Counted from the first letter of the stretch, positions 53,897-62,552 are shown. The stretch is 64,000 nucleotides of DNA from Candidatus Dormiibacterota bacterium (GCA_963709585.1 CAVPXI010000007.1:288001-352000); one strand, 5' to 3'. A program made the numbers and translations. The notes: generated by a model not told the origin, from the sequence alone.

Positions 53897-55291
53897 ATGA
53901 TGGCGGGTCGCGGCCGCTTCGCATTCGATGGTCTGCAGCCGGTGAAAATCGGGAGGATCCGGACCTTTCCTTACCCGAAGTTCTCGCACGTCCCGGGGGA
54001 GGCGGCGGTGCGCGAGATGGCGGATATCGGGATCGTGGAACGGGTGGTGTTGCGAGGTGTGGCGGCGAGGATCGGGGCCGAGCTCGACGCGACGCTAAGT
54101 CCCCGGATGTTCGCGTACCGCCTGATCGAGTTCGGACCGCGGTGGCAACTCCGCCACTACGCCGAGAGCCACGCCGCGTTCCGCGAGGGACAAATAAACT
54201 CCCTGGTGGATAACTGGTGGCCGTATACGCTCTTCACGGATATCGCGTCGTTCTACCCGTCCGTTGACCTCGAGATGCTCGAGCGTGAACTCCGGTACCG
54301 CTGTCCGTCTCCGAGCGCGGCGGAGGCGGTCACCGCCCTGCTCGAGATGCTGCGGAAGTGGCACGACCGGGATCAGCTTGCGGGGCTTCCGATCGGAGAA
54401 GAGGCGGCTGGCATCTTCGCCGCGGCGGTCCTGGCGCCGGTGCACGAGGTGCTCCATCGAGTGGCTGCTGACCACTACGGATACAGCGACGACCTGGTGG
54501 TGTTTGCCGGCAGCGTCAAATCCGGCCGGCATGCCCGCGAGGCACTCGACGGCCGTCTCGCAGAACTTAGGCTCACGCCGCACCCGATCAAGACGCACGA
54601 GGTCGAGAACCCCCTCGACGCCGCGCGCGAGATCCAGAACTTCGCCATCTCCTACATCGAGGACTTCGCCGGGTGGATGGACTACCTGCTGCAAGAGAAG
54701 GTGCGCGAGCGGTGGTACGAGCGCGCCGCCGACGCCATCGATGAGCCCTACCAGGTGAGCGAGGTGAAGTATCTGCTCAACAAGATGCGCGCGGCCGGCG
54801 ACCGCCATGCCGTCGGGGGGCTGCTCAAGCGCTGGGACGTGATGGAGCTGTTGCCCAAGGAGACCACCAGGTACCTCGGGGATGTGGCGCTCTACGACCC
54901 GGATGTGGTCGACGCCATGCTCCGGGCTGCCGGCCACCCAGTCACTCGCACTAACGAGGGTCTGGTGCTGCACGCTCTGAAGCTTCTGAGCCGCGCGCCG
55001 CGGGACGATCGGTTGCTCGCGGTGTGCAACCGCGTGCTGGCATCGAAGACGGCAGCGGAGCCGACCAAGGCCTGGGCGGCCTACGCGATGCGACAGGCGC
55101 CGAGTTGGAGTTGGAGCCAGACCATCGAGCGTGCCGAAACCGGACAAAAGTACCTGGTGGGACGAGCGATGCTCGCGTCGACCCGGGGGATTACGGATCT
55201 TCCGGTGACCCGGCGGAGGATCCTCGAATCCATCGGCCGAGACCGGGTAGACATGGCCGCCACCTGTGAGTGGGCGCTGAGAGCCGCCTGA
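53897..55291 (+). CDS. Reverse transcriptase, UG/Abi-like, with alpha-helical C-terminal domain; true N-terminus probably extends upstream to about 53770 or further
   Basis: YPK...R (fingers), TDIASFYPSVD, GLPIG..AAGIFA, YSDDLVVF, L.LTPHPIKT; about 220-aa helical tail. Confidence 0.9.
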   Translation: MMAGRGRFAFDGLQPVKIGRIRTFPYPKFSHVPGEAAVREMADIGIVERVVLRGVAARIGAELDATLSPRMFAYRLIEFGPRWQLRHYAESHAAFREGQINSLVDNWWPYTLFTDIASFYPSVDLEMLERELRYRCPSPSAAEAVTALLEMLRKWHDRDQLAGLPIGEEAAGIFAAAVLAPVHEVLHRVAADHYGYSDDLVVFAGSVKSGRHAREALDGRLAELRLTPHPIKTHEVENPLDAAREIQNFAISYIEDFAGWMDYLLQEKVRERWYERAADAIDEPYQVSEVKYLLNKMRAAGDRHAVGGLLKRWDVMELLPKETTRYLGDVALYDPDVVDAMLRAAGHPVTRTNEGLVLHALKLLSRAPRDDRLLAVCNRVLASKTAAEPTKAWAAYAMRQAPSWSWSQTIERAETGQKYLVGRAMLASTRGITDLPVTRRRILESIGRDRVDMAATCEWALRAA

Positions 55292-55791
55292 GGCAACGTA
55301 ACAGTCCCGCCAATGTTGCACTGGTCTGTTCGCAGCGCGTGACCGCATCTCTTCCAATACCAAGCGGATGCGAAATCGCATTGGAGGAGAAGAGAGCGAT
55401 TCGAGCCTCAGATCGACTGAGCCAGCGTTAGGCGTTCTACGTGGCGTTCGCGATTTCGGTGGTCATGAACTGATTGGCATCGAATGAGCGCGCATCCCCG
55501 GTCATCAGGAGCGACTAATCTCCTGCCTCCGGGTCCTTGAGCATCCGTCCATGTCCGCTCACGCTTACTCACCGTGGTGCACGCGGGCACGCACCACGAG
55601 CAGCGTTCGCGGGGCCAGATTTCAGGAGCGATCGCTGCACCGTTGGTGGCCGTCGAGGTTCAGCGATGCTCGCCGGTGCGATCCCTGATGGCCCCATCGC
55701 CTCACCAAACGCCTCGAGAGCTCCCTCTCACATTCGCCCTCCACGGGTGCGGGGTCGGTGCTCCTTAACATCAGACGCCTCATCGGGCGTG

Positions 55792-56544
55792 TCAGCTGTC
55801 CACAAAGTCGGGGGCATATCGGCGTCGTTCCTCATCTGCCTGATCGAGCGCATCCACAACCGGTTTCCACACCGCGTCCGGACGACCGCCGCCTCGGCGA
55901 TACCCCTTGCCTGCGTCCAGATGGAGTCCGTCAAAGAGCGACTCGATCCGTCGCCGTAGGTTCGGCCACTCTGCGAACGCCGCGCCATCGGTTCGGAACC
56001 GCGTGACAATCGATTCGATCGCGTCGGCGACTTCGGCCGCAATGATCTCCTGGCTCTCCTCCCGATCGAAGGATGGATAGGGTCGGATCCGGGCCCATAT
56101 CTGTGCCACCTCGACCCGCGCATCCGGAGCGCCGGCGATCAGATGTTTGACGGCGACCACGAGCTCGTCGGGGGCACGATGCAGCTTCGCTTCGAGAGAT
56201 TCGGCCCTGGTCCGTAGTAAGGAGCAGGCATCGGTCATCGACGCAAGGCGCTGTCGTGTCGCCGTTAGCTCCAGTTCCACTTGTCCGTGTGCCTCGGCCC
56301 TACGCTGCAACGCGTCGTGTGCCTCGACGATCCTGGCAAGAGCGTCTCGTGTCGCCGCTAGCTCTCGACGGACCTCGGCGCGGGCAGCGGTGAGGGCGTC
56401 CGCCTTGATCTTCGCGACGTCAAGCGCTGCCAGACGAGCGTATTCCGAAGGCTTCACGCCCATGCCGCGGGCCAGGGTGTCGATGGTCTGCCGCTCTGCC
56501 TTGCTTTACCGAAAGGCGAGCGTCCGACTACGTTGTTCGGCCAT
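55792..56544 (-). pseudogene. RHH (MobC-like) + coiled-coil protein with in-frame TAA at codon 13 (56506-56508)
   Basis: MAEQRSRTLAFR*SKAERQTIDTLARGMGVKPSEYARLAAL has the beta-alpha-alpha pattern; the rest of the ORF is open. Confidence 0.65.
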
Positions 56545-56587
56545 CGTGATGGCGGGTGTCAGGCTCCCCGACCCCGCGAGCCTGATC

Positions 56588-56647
56588 CGTTTGCATACCG
56601 TTTCGACTACGTTTACGCGCCGTTTGCACCGCGTTTGCGACGCGGTT
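56588..56647 (+). repeat. Helically phased CGTTT repeats, 11-bp period
   Basis: CGTTT at 56588, 56599, 56610, 56621, 56632; CGGTT at 56643. Confidence 0.85.
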
Positions 56648-57149
56648 CCGAGGCCACTGCGGGGTCTCTACGCGCGCGCGTAAGGGTGCTGCGCGGCACG
56701 TGTATGCGACCCGTTCCACGGGGCATCCTGTGCGGCCCCGCGTGCGCGAGGCTAGGCCCCACGGACTCGGGTCGGTCGAGAGGGTCCGTCGCCATCGCTC
56801 ACAGGTCGACCCACGGCTGATCGCCGGCGGGCCACCCACAGCCCGCACCAAGTGGCTCGTCAACACGAGTGACCGGCAGGCCGTCGAGGGAGACGCTGGT
56901 CGGCTGCCTGGCCTCGCATGTCGCCGCGGCGATGGGCGCAAGCGTCGTAGCCAGCCGCTGCACGCTCGGCCAGTGCACTTGCAGGAGACCGCGCCTTCGA
57001 GGAACTGGCAGAGGACTCTGGCGGACGCCCCTTGCATCGCACCGAGTGGGCCGTCAGGAACGTACGACACTCCCGCGAGGACCGAGTCAAGGTCCGGGAA
57101 CATCTGCCAAGTGCACCGGACCACCCTCAGCTGGCCGCAAAACTGCCGG

Positions 57150-57338
57150 ATATGGACATTTCCCATCAGCACTCGAAGTCCCTGGTGGAGACACCTGCAT
57201 CCACGACGAACATTCGGCAAAGGCTCTGATGCGTATTCAACGCACTGCGAAACTGACATATATGGACATTTCCCATCAACCATCGTCGTCTCCGGACCTG
57301 ATGGGAGAAGTTACATTAACCGATGGGTAACTCCATAT
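57150..57338. promoter_or_regulatory. Operator-like repeat cluster upstream of the Xre gene
   Basis: ATATGGACATTTCCCATCA at 57150-57168 and 57260-57278; inverted related copies at 57299-57306 and 57322-57338. Confidence 0.75.
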
Positions 57339-57499
57339 CCCATAAGGGATATCCATACTGCGAGGTACCTTGACGTCCGATCGCGCAACGCGCATCATGC
57401 CCACATGATCTGCACAAGACGGGTGGCGATGCCATCCACTGCCGCCGAGACAGACGCGGCGCAGGTGTAGCGTCCGGCAATGACTGACGAGGGAGAGCT

Positions 57500-57763
57500 A
57501 TGAGTATCCGCATCAACGGCGAGGTCTTGAAACACATGGCCGCGCTTCGCGGTTGGAATGGCTCGGCCCTCGCCAAGAAGGCGGGCGTGGTCAACTCCAC
57601 GGTGAGCAGGGCCTTCGCCGGCGACGAAATATCGGTGACGACGCTGAGGCTCTTGGCCACAGCCCTGAAAGAAACGTCCGTCGACGAGGTTATCGAAAGG
57701 TTGCTCGGCCGAGGCGACCCGCCGCCCGAAGATGATCGGCCACCCACACCCGGGAACACGTAG
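57500..57763 (+). CDS. Xre/Cro-family HTH regulator
   Basis: GAGGGAG RBS; RGWNGSALAKKAGVVNSTVSRAFAG..IS..TL..LATAL. Confidence 0.85.
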   Translation: MSIRINGEVLKHMAALRGWNGSALAKKAGVVNSTVSRAFAGDEISVTTLRLLATALKETSVDEVIERLLGRGDPPPEDDRPPTPGNT

Positions 57764-57792
57764 CGAGCTGATGGCGTCGGTGCACTCGGAGC

Positions 57793-58734
57793 TCACCGCC
57801 GGCTCGGGGACGTGAGCGCTCTGACCATGGCGTTGTAGCTGTCGTCCTTGTTGAGGTGGGCGTAGCAGCTGGCGATGACCTCAGGGGATGCTCCGGCGAT
57901 GAAAGACAGCTGCACTGAGTTCATGTCCCGGCGCAGCATCTCGGTGATCCAGGAATGCCGGAGCAAGTGGGGGTGTATGCGCTTGGGAATCCCGGCTTTG
58001 GCGACGGTGTCCTTGACGATTTGATAGACGCCGCCGCTGGTCAGGGCGTCATAGTCGCCGAGTGGGCCGCGCCGAGAGGTCAGGAAGATTGCATCCGAGC
58101 TGCGCTCGTCTGGGCGATCCGAGATCAGCCGGTCGAGCCGACGGGCGAGGGTTGGCGGCACCGGCACATCCCGGATTCGATCGCGCTTACCGTGGACGCG
58201 AACGTGCACCTGCCGGCCGCTGCGGATCAGGTCGCCGGCGGTGAGGCGCGTGAGCTCGTCGAGCCGGAGGCCGCAGTCGGCGAACACCCGGATGATCACC
58301 TTGTCCCTCTCCAGGAGCGCTGCCTGCTCGAGCTGATCAATCTCGGCGCGGCTGAGCACGTCTCGGATGGGGCGGCCTCGGCGGGGAAGCTGAGGCTTCG
58401 CGGTGACCACTTCGCCTTCCCGACTCGCCCAGCCGAATAGCAGGCGAATCGGACGGATGTAGGTGGCGACCGTGTGCTTGAAGAGCGGCTGGCCCGCTTT
58501 CGTGGTACGAGTGAGGAGCTCCGAGGTGAACCGGTCGATGGCGCGGCGGTCCAGCTGGCTGAGGTCGGTGATGCCCTCCCGTTCGCACCAGGGGAGAAAC
58601 ACCGACTGGATCGAGTAGGTGTACTGGTGTTCGCTGCGCGGCGACAGGCCGCGCGCCCGGCAGTTGCTCAGATAGTCGTCGGCGAGGCGCGTCAGTGAGG
58701 ACGGGGCCCTGCTCTTGAGGAGTCGTACGGTCAT
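57793..58734 (-). CDS. Tyrosine recombinase / integrase
   Basis: SAM-like N-domain, GLRLDEL (R), VHGK (K), HPHLLRHS (HxxR), C-terminal CYAH (Y). Adjacent to the tRNA 3' end. Confidence 0.93.
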   Translation of the reverse strand: MTVRLLKSRAPSSLTRLADDYLSNCRARGLSPRSEHQYTYSIQSVFLPWCEREGITDLSQLDRRAIDRFTSELLTRTTKAGQPLFKHTVATYIRPIRLLFGWASREGEVVTAKPQLPRRGRPIRDVLSRAEIDQLEQAALLERDKVIIRVFADCGLRLDELTRLTAGDLIRSGRQVHVRVHGKRDRIRDVPVPPTLARRLDRLISDRPDERSSDAIFLTSRRGPLGDYDALTSGGVYQIVKDTVAKAGIPKRIHPHLLRHSWITEMLRRDMNSVQLSFIAGASPEVIASCYAHLNKDDSYNAMVRALTSPSRR

Positions 58735-58888
58735 GGTGGAAGCCCTTCACGCAGATATTTGTGGATTTATCGTCGTCGACTGAGCCGAAAAATCAATGCT
58801 CAGGAGCGACTAATCGGGTGATGTTTTGGGGACTTATCCACAGGTCGAAATCACCCGAAAAGGCCCGAATCGAATTCAAAATTCGGCT

Positions 58889-58963
58889 TGGCTGGGGAGG
58901 GAGGATTCGAACCTCCGATTGGCTGATCCAGAATCAGCTGCCTTACCACTTGGCCACTCCCCA
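58889..58963 (-). tRNA. tRNA-Gln (CTG)
   Basis: TGGGGAG/CTCCCCA-G-CCA acceptor; GCTGA-TTCTGGA-TCAGC anticodon arm; GGAGG-TTCGAAT-CCTCC T-arm. Confidence 0.97.
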
Positions 58964-59041
58964 GCGGAGGCCATCGAGTGTACCGGACGCCTCCCAGCGC
59001 CCCTGTTTGCCACCTCGGCACGCGGCATATACTGGACAGTG

Positions 59042-59362
59042 ATGGACTTGCTCGAGTTGCTCCGCTTCCAGGCCCGGCGCTATCGGTGCTCCGCCTGCGG
59101 CGAGAACATGGCCGACTGCGGGATCAATGTTCTTGCACAGCAGGGCAATCGGGCACTGGTCCGCGTCACCTGCGCGTCGTGCAACGACGAGAACCTGCTT
59201 CAGATCATCTTCCAGACCGAGGCCGAGGAGAGCAAGGTCCCCGCCATCGACGAGGGCTTCCCCGACGTCGCCGACCCGATCACCGGTGACGAGATGCTCG
59301 AGCTCCACTCCATCCTCTCCTCGCACGAAGGCGCACTGACCGAGCTGCTCGTCAAGCGCTGA
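59042..59362 (+). CDS. Small zinc-ribbon protein
   Basis: CSACG...VTCASC, PITGDEMLELH..L; strong GC3. Confidence 0.8.
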   Translation: MDLLELLRFQARRYRCSACGENMADCGINVLAQQGNRALVRVTCASCNDENLLQIIFQTEAEESKVPAIDEGFPDVADPITGDEMLELHSILSSHEGALTELLVKR

Positions 59363-59403
59363 CGGCGATCTCCGCCGGGGGTCGTGCGACACTTCCCCGC
59401 CAT

Positions 59404-59802
59404 ATGGCGAGCCTCGATCCCGGCCAGAGCATGGTGTTCGACGCCCTCTACGGGCTCGAGTTCGGCGAGACCACCCCGGAACACATGACCGCCTCGTGCC
59501 CGGTCACCCCCAAGGTCCTCCAGCCGTTCGGGATCGTCCACGGCGGCGTCTTCTGCGCGATGGGCGAGACCCTCACCTCGGTCGGCACCTACCTGGGAGT
59601 CAAAGACGCCGGCAACATCTCGGTCGGGATGTCCAACAACATGAGCTTCCTCCGCCCCATCACCAACGGCACCATCCATGCCGACGCGAGGCCGCGCCAC
59701 CGCGGGCGCACGACCTGGATCTGGGACGTGGAGATCACCAACGACGACGGCGCGCTCTGCGCCATCGGCCGGATCACGATCGCGGTTCGGCCCCGGCCCT
59801 AG
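59404..59802 (+). CDS. PaaI-family (hotdog fold) thioesterase
   Basis: QPFGIVHGGVFCAMGET, SFLRP, HRGRTTWIWDV. Confidence 0.92.
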   Translation: MASLDPGQSMVFDALYGLEFGETTPEHMTASCPVTPKVLQPFGIVHGGVFCAMGETLTSVGTYLGVKDAGNISVGMSNNMSFLRPITNGTIHADARPRHRGRTTWIWDVEITNDDGALCAIGRITIAVRPRP

Positions 59803-60208
59803 TCTCCTGGCGGTCGACCAGCCGCTTGGCCGCGTAGGCGCCGCCCGCCGAGCCGGCCGCGGACACCCCGCGGAGCACGACCTTCTGCCAGATCGGGGTC
59901 TTGTCGCCCCCCTTTTTGATCTCCTTGCGCAGTGCGTGCAGTTCGGCCGCGAGGTCGTCCAGCGTGACCAGCGCCGTCTCCTCCTCCTCGGCGACTTCGC
60001 CGCGCAAGCGCGACCGGATGAACACGATCGTCCCGACCAGCGCGATCGCCACCCCGGCGATCGCCGCATATCGCGGGGCATCGCGGCGCAGGCGCGCCTT
60101 CCAGTCGAGCTCGGCACGCACCTTCTGCTCCAGCCGGCCGGCGCTCTGCTCGAGCGCCTGCTTGCTCAGCTCCCGCTGACGCTGCGCTTGGTCAGTTCCC
60201 GGAGCCAC
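59774..60208 (-). CDS. DUF3618-like membrane-anchored protein
   Basis: Helical N-terminus, single TM; directly downstream of the holin-X-like gene. Confidence 0.6.
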   Translation of the reverse strand: MAPGTDQAQRQRELSKQALEQSAGRLEQKVRAELDWKARLRRDAPRYAAIAGVAIALVGTIVFIRSRLRGEVAEEEETALVTLDDLAAELHALRKEIKKGGDKTPIWQKVVLRGVSAAGSAGGAYAAKRLVDRQETRAGAEPRS

Positions 60209-60597
60209 TCGGCATCCTCCTTCAACGTTGCCTGCACGTTCTTCCGTCCCCGTTTGATCACCTTTCTCGCCCGTGATTGCCCGATGAAGATGAGCACCAT
60301 CGCGACGATCAGGAAGATCCCCCCGAGCGCGGCCCATCTCGCCCATTCGCTGCCGAGGATTGTCAGCCCCGACGGCAGCGCACCCAAAGCCTCGATCACA
60401 CCGATCAAGAGGAACACGAATGCGACCATGATCATCGCGATCGCGATTGCGAGCTGAATGATCGCTCGCTTCAGCTCGGCGCCGACCACCTCCATCTCGG
60501 CGCGCGCCAGCTTGATGGCGTCCTCGACCACCTGACGCGCGAGCGAGATGGGGTCGGTGCTCTCAGGCGCGTCGCCGTCCACAGTACCTCCAGGCAT
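60166..60597 (-). CDS. Holin-X / YqjE-like membrane protein
   Basis: LARQVVEDAIKLARAEME, two TM, TLKEDAEWL. Confidence 0.8.
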   Translation of the reverse strand: MPGGTVDGDAPESTDPISLARQVVEDAIKLARAEMEVVGAELKRAIIQLAIAIAMIMVAFVFLLIGVIEALGALPSGLTILGSEWARWAALGGIFLIVAMVLIFIGQSRARKVIKRGRKNVQATLKEDAEWLRELTKRSVSGS

Positions 60598-60733
60598 TGG
60601 ATCGGGAGCTCAACGCGACACTCCAGTGCGGCGCGTCGCCCGCAAGCTCACCCAAACTCGCAGGGTTGCATGATACTGGCGCGTACCACGGGGGGCGTAA
60701 CCCGAGCCGTACCCACCCCGTTGGACCCACCAG

Positions 60734-60928
60734 ATGGCCGAAATTTCTCCACTTCGACGTCTCCCCCGCGGCGGGCCCGACGGCTCTGCCGACCTGGCGG
60801 TTCGCCAGCGATACCTCCGCCGCAGCCGTCGCTTCGAGACCGGCCGCGCGTGGATCACCGTGTGGGTCGCCGCCTTCGCCGTCGTCGGCTGGCTCTTCAT
60901 CGCGGGGTTTGCCGGCTTCAACCACTGA
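60734..60928 (+). CDS. Small membrane protein
   Basis: 64 aa, C-terminal TM, high GC3. Confidence 0.5.
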   Translation: MAEISPLRRLPRGGPDGSADLAVRQRYLRRSRRFETGRAWITVWVAAFAVVGWLFIAGFAGFNH

Positions 60929-60958
60929 ACCCGAAGGGGGGTCCAGGCTCCGCGAGCG

Positions 60959-62455
60959 TCAGTCGATCAGCTCGCGGAGATCCTGGAGCTGGAGCGTGAT
61001 CCAGCGTGTGATGTCATTGGTCCGCACCACGTCGCGAATCTTTGTCTGGCGAGCCTTCTTCTGCGCCTCGTCCATCATCAACCCCAGGTAGAGCGCCTCC
61101 GCGGTCTCGTCGATGTCGAACGGGTTGACCGTGATCGCCCATTCACCCAGCTCCTCGTGTGAGCCCGCGTTCTCGCTGAGCACCAGGACGCCGTCGCGCT
61201 GGTTGACGAGCGGGCCTTCCTTGGCCACGAGGTTCATGCCGTCGTAGATCGGGTTGACGAGGAGCACGTCGAAGACGCGATACCCCGCGATCGCGCGCTC
61301 CATGTTGTCCTCGATCTCGACGCGAATCGGCGTCCAGCCACCGCGACTGTATTCGCGATTGATGCGCGCCGCGACGCTGAGCACGCTGCCGAGATAGGCA
61401 CGATAGTCGTCGATGTCCTGCCGGCTCGGCTGCAGAAAGGCCCAGAACATCACGTCGCCGGTCAGCTCCGGGTGCGCGGCGAGCAGGCGCTCGTACGCGA
61501 GAAAGCCACGCACGATGTTCTTGCTCAAGTCCGTACGATCGACGCGGAGGATGAGGTGCTTCGGCCGCCATTGGTCGATACGCTCCATCTCCACGAGCAC
61601 CGCGGGCTGCTCCGAATGCTGAATGAATGTTTTCGGATCGACGCTGATCGGGTAATTGCGCACCCACACCGCGCGGCCCTCGGAGAACACGGTGCGCTCG
61701 CGGTGGTCGACCGTCAATCCGAGGTTCTGCTCGCACGTCATCAGAAAATTGCGCACGTCGCGCGACGTCTGGAATCCGATGATGTCCGCACCGAGCAGGC
61801 CGTGCACGATCGCGTCGCGGATGTGCCTCGGCAGCACCGTCCAGTACTGCGGCGTCGGCCACGGGATGTGCACGAAGTGCTGGATGCGCACGTCGGGCCG
61901 GCGCTCGCGGATCAGCCCCGGGACGCAGTACATCTGGTAGTCCTGCACGAACACGACCGCCGGTTTGTCGGAGCGCTCGACCTCGGCGAGCACCCGCGTC
62001 GCGACCAGCTGGTTCACGTTCATGTAGCCGTCCACCCACGCCCTGTGGATCGACTCGTCGACGACCGGCTCGCGCGCCAGGTCCCACAGGTAGTGCTGGA
62101 TGAACCAGAGCAGCGGGTTCGAGATCACGTTGTAGTAGAGGTCGTATGCCTCGCTGGTCGGCTCGACGAAGGCGACCTTGATGGTGGTGCCGTCCTCGGT
62201 GGTGAGCTCGGCCGGGTCACCTCGTTCCGCGAGCCGGCGATCAGAGCTGTCGCGCGCCAGGGCGACCCACACGGCGTCGGTCGCCGAGGCCAGCGAGGTC
62301 ATCGCGGTGACCAGCCCGCCGGCGCCCTTGACCAGTCGCTCCGACGTCCCCCGGTAGGGGTCGGCAGGGTGGAGGACCAGCGGCGCCCGGTTGGCGACGA
62401 TGATCGGCTGGACGCCTCCGAGGATCCTGCGCGTGTACGGCTCGATCGCCGACAA
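60959..62455 (-). CDS. otsA: Trehalose-6-phosphate synthase (GT20 family)
   Basis: IVANR, GAGGLVTA, VQDYQ, FVHIPWP, YPISVD, RVDRTDLSKN, DGMNLVAKE, LSENAG. Confidence 0.9.
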   Translation of the reverse strand: MSAIEPYTRRILGGVQPIIVANRAPLVLHPADPYRGTSERLVKGAGGLVTAMTSLASATDAVWVALARDSSDRRLAERGDPAELTTEDGTTIKVAFVEPTSEAYDLYYNVISNPLLWFIQHYLWDLAREPVVDESIHRAWVDGYMNVNQLVATRVLAEVERSDKPAVVFVQDYQMYCVPGLIRERRPDVRIQHFVHIPWPTPQYWTVLPRHIRDAIVHGLLGADIIGFQTSRDVRNFLMTCEQNLGLTVDHRERTVFSEGRAVWVRNYPISVDPKTFIQHSEQPAVLVEMERIDQWRPKHLILRVDRTDLSKNIVRGFLAYERLLAAHPELTGDVMFWAFLQPSRQDIDDYRAYLGSVLSVAARINREYSRGGWTPIRVEIEDNMERAIAGYRVFDVLLVNPIYDGMNLVAKEGPLVNQRDGVLVLSENAGSHEELGEWAITVNPFDIDETAEALYLGLMMDEAQKKARQTKIRDVVRTNDITRWITLQLQDLRELID

Positions 62456-62552
62456 AGGCTCGACTCCATGACAGGCCGAGCGGGGCCCGCCCGCCGAACC
62501 ATGCTACCGGACCGTCCTTTGGTCGTCGCCAGCGGCGACAATCGCGTCTCAC

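Larger units (their letters stand above)
25380..58888. mobile_element. Integrative element / defence island anchored at tRNA-Gln(CTG); left boundary uncertain (may extend further left)
   Basis: Tyrosine integrase next to the tRNA 3' end; Xre and RHH genes; dense defence-type cargo and gene fragments; visibly less GC-rich than 59-64 kb. No clear att duplicate found. Confidence 0.6.

Noticed and set aside
53897-55291. RT as group II intron, retron, DGR or CRISPR-RT
   Set aside because: No YADD/domain X or intron domain V seen, no NAxxH/VTG motifs, no TR/VR repeat pair, no cas1.
60166-60597. Holin-X gene as evidence of a prophage
   Set aside because: This family is commonly chromosomal beside DUF3618-like genes; no endolysin or structural phage genes are present.
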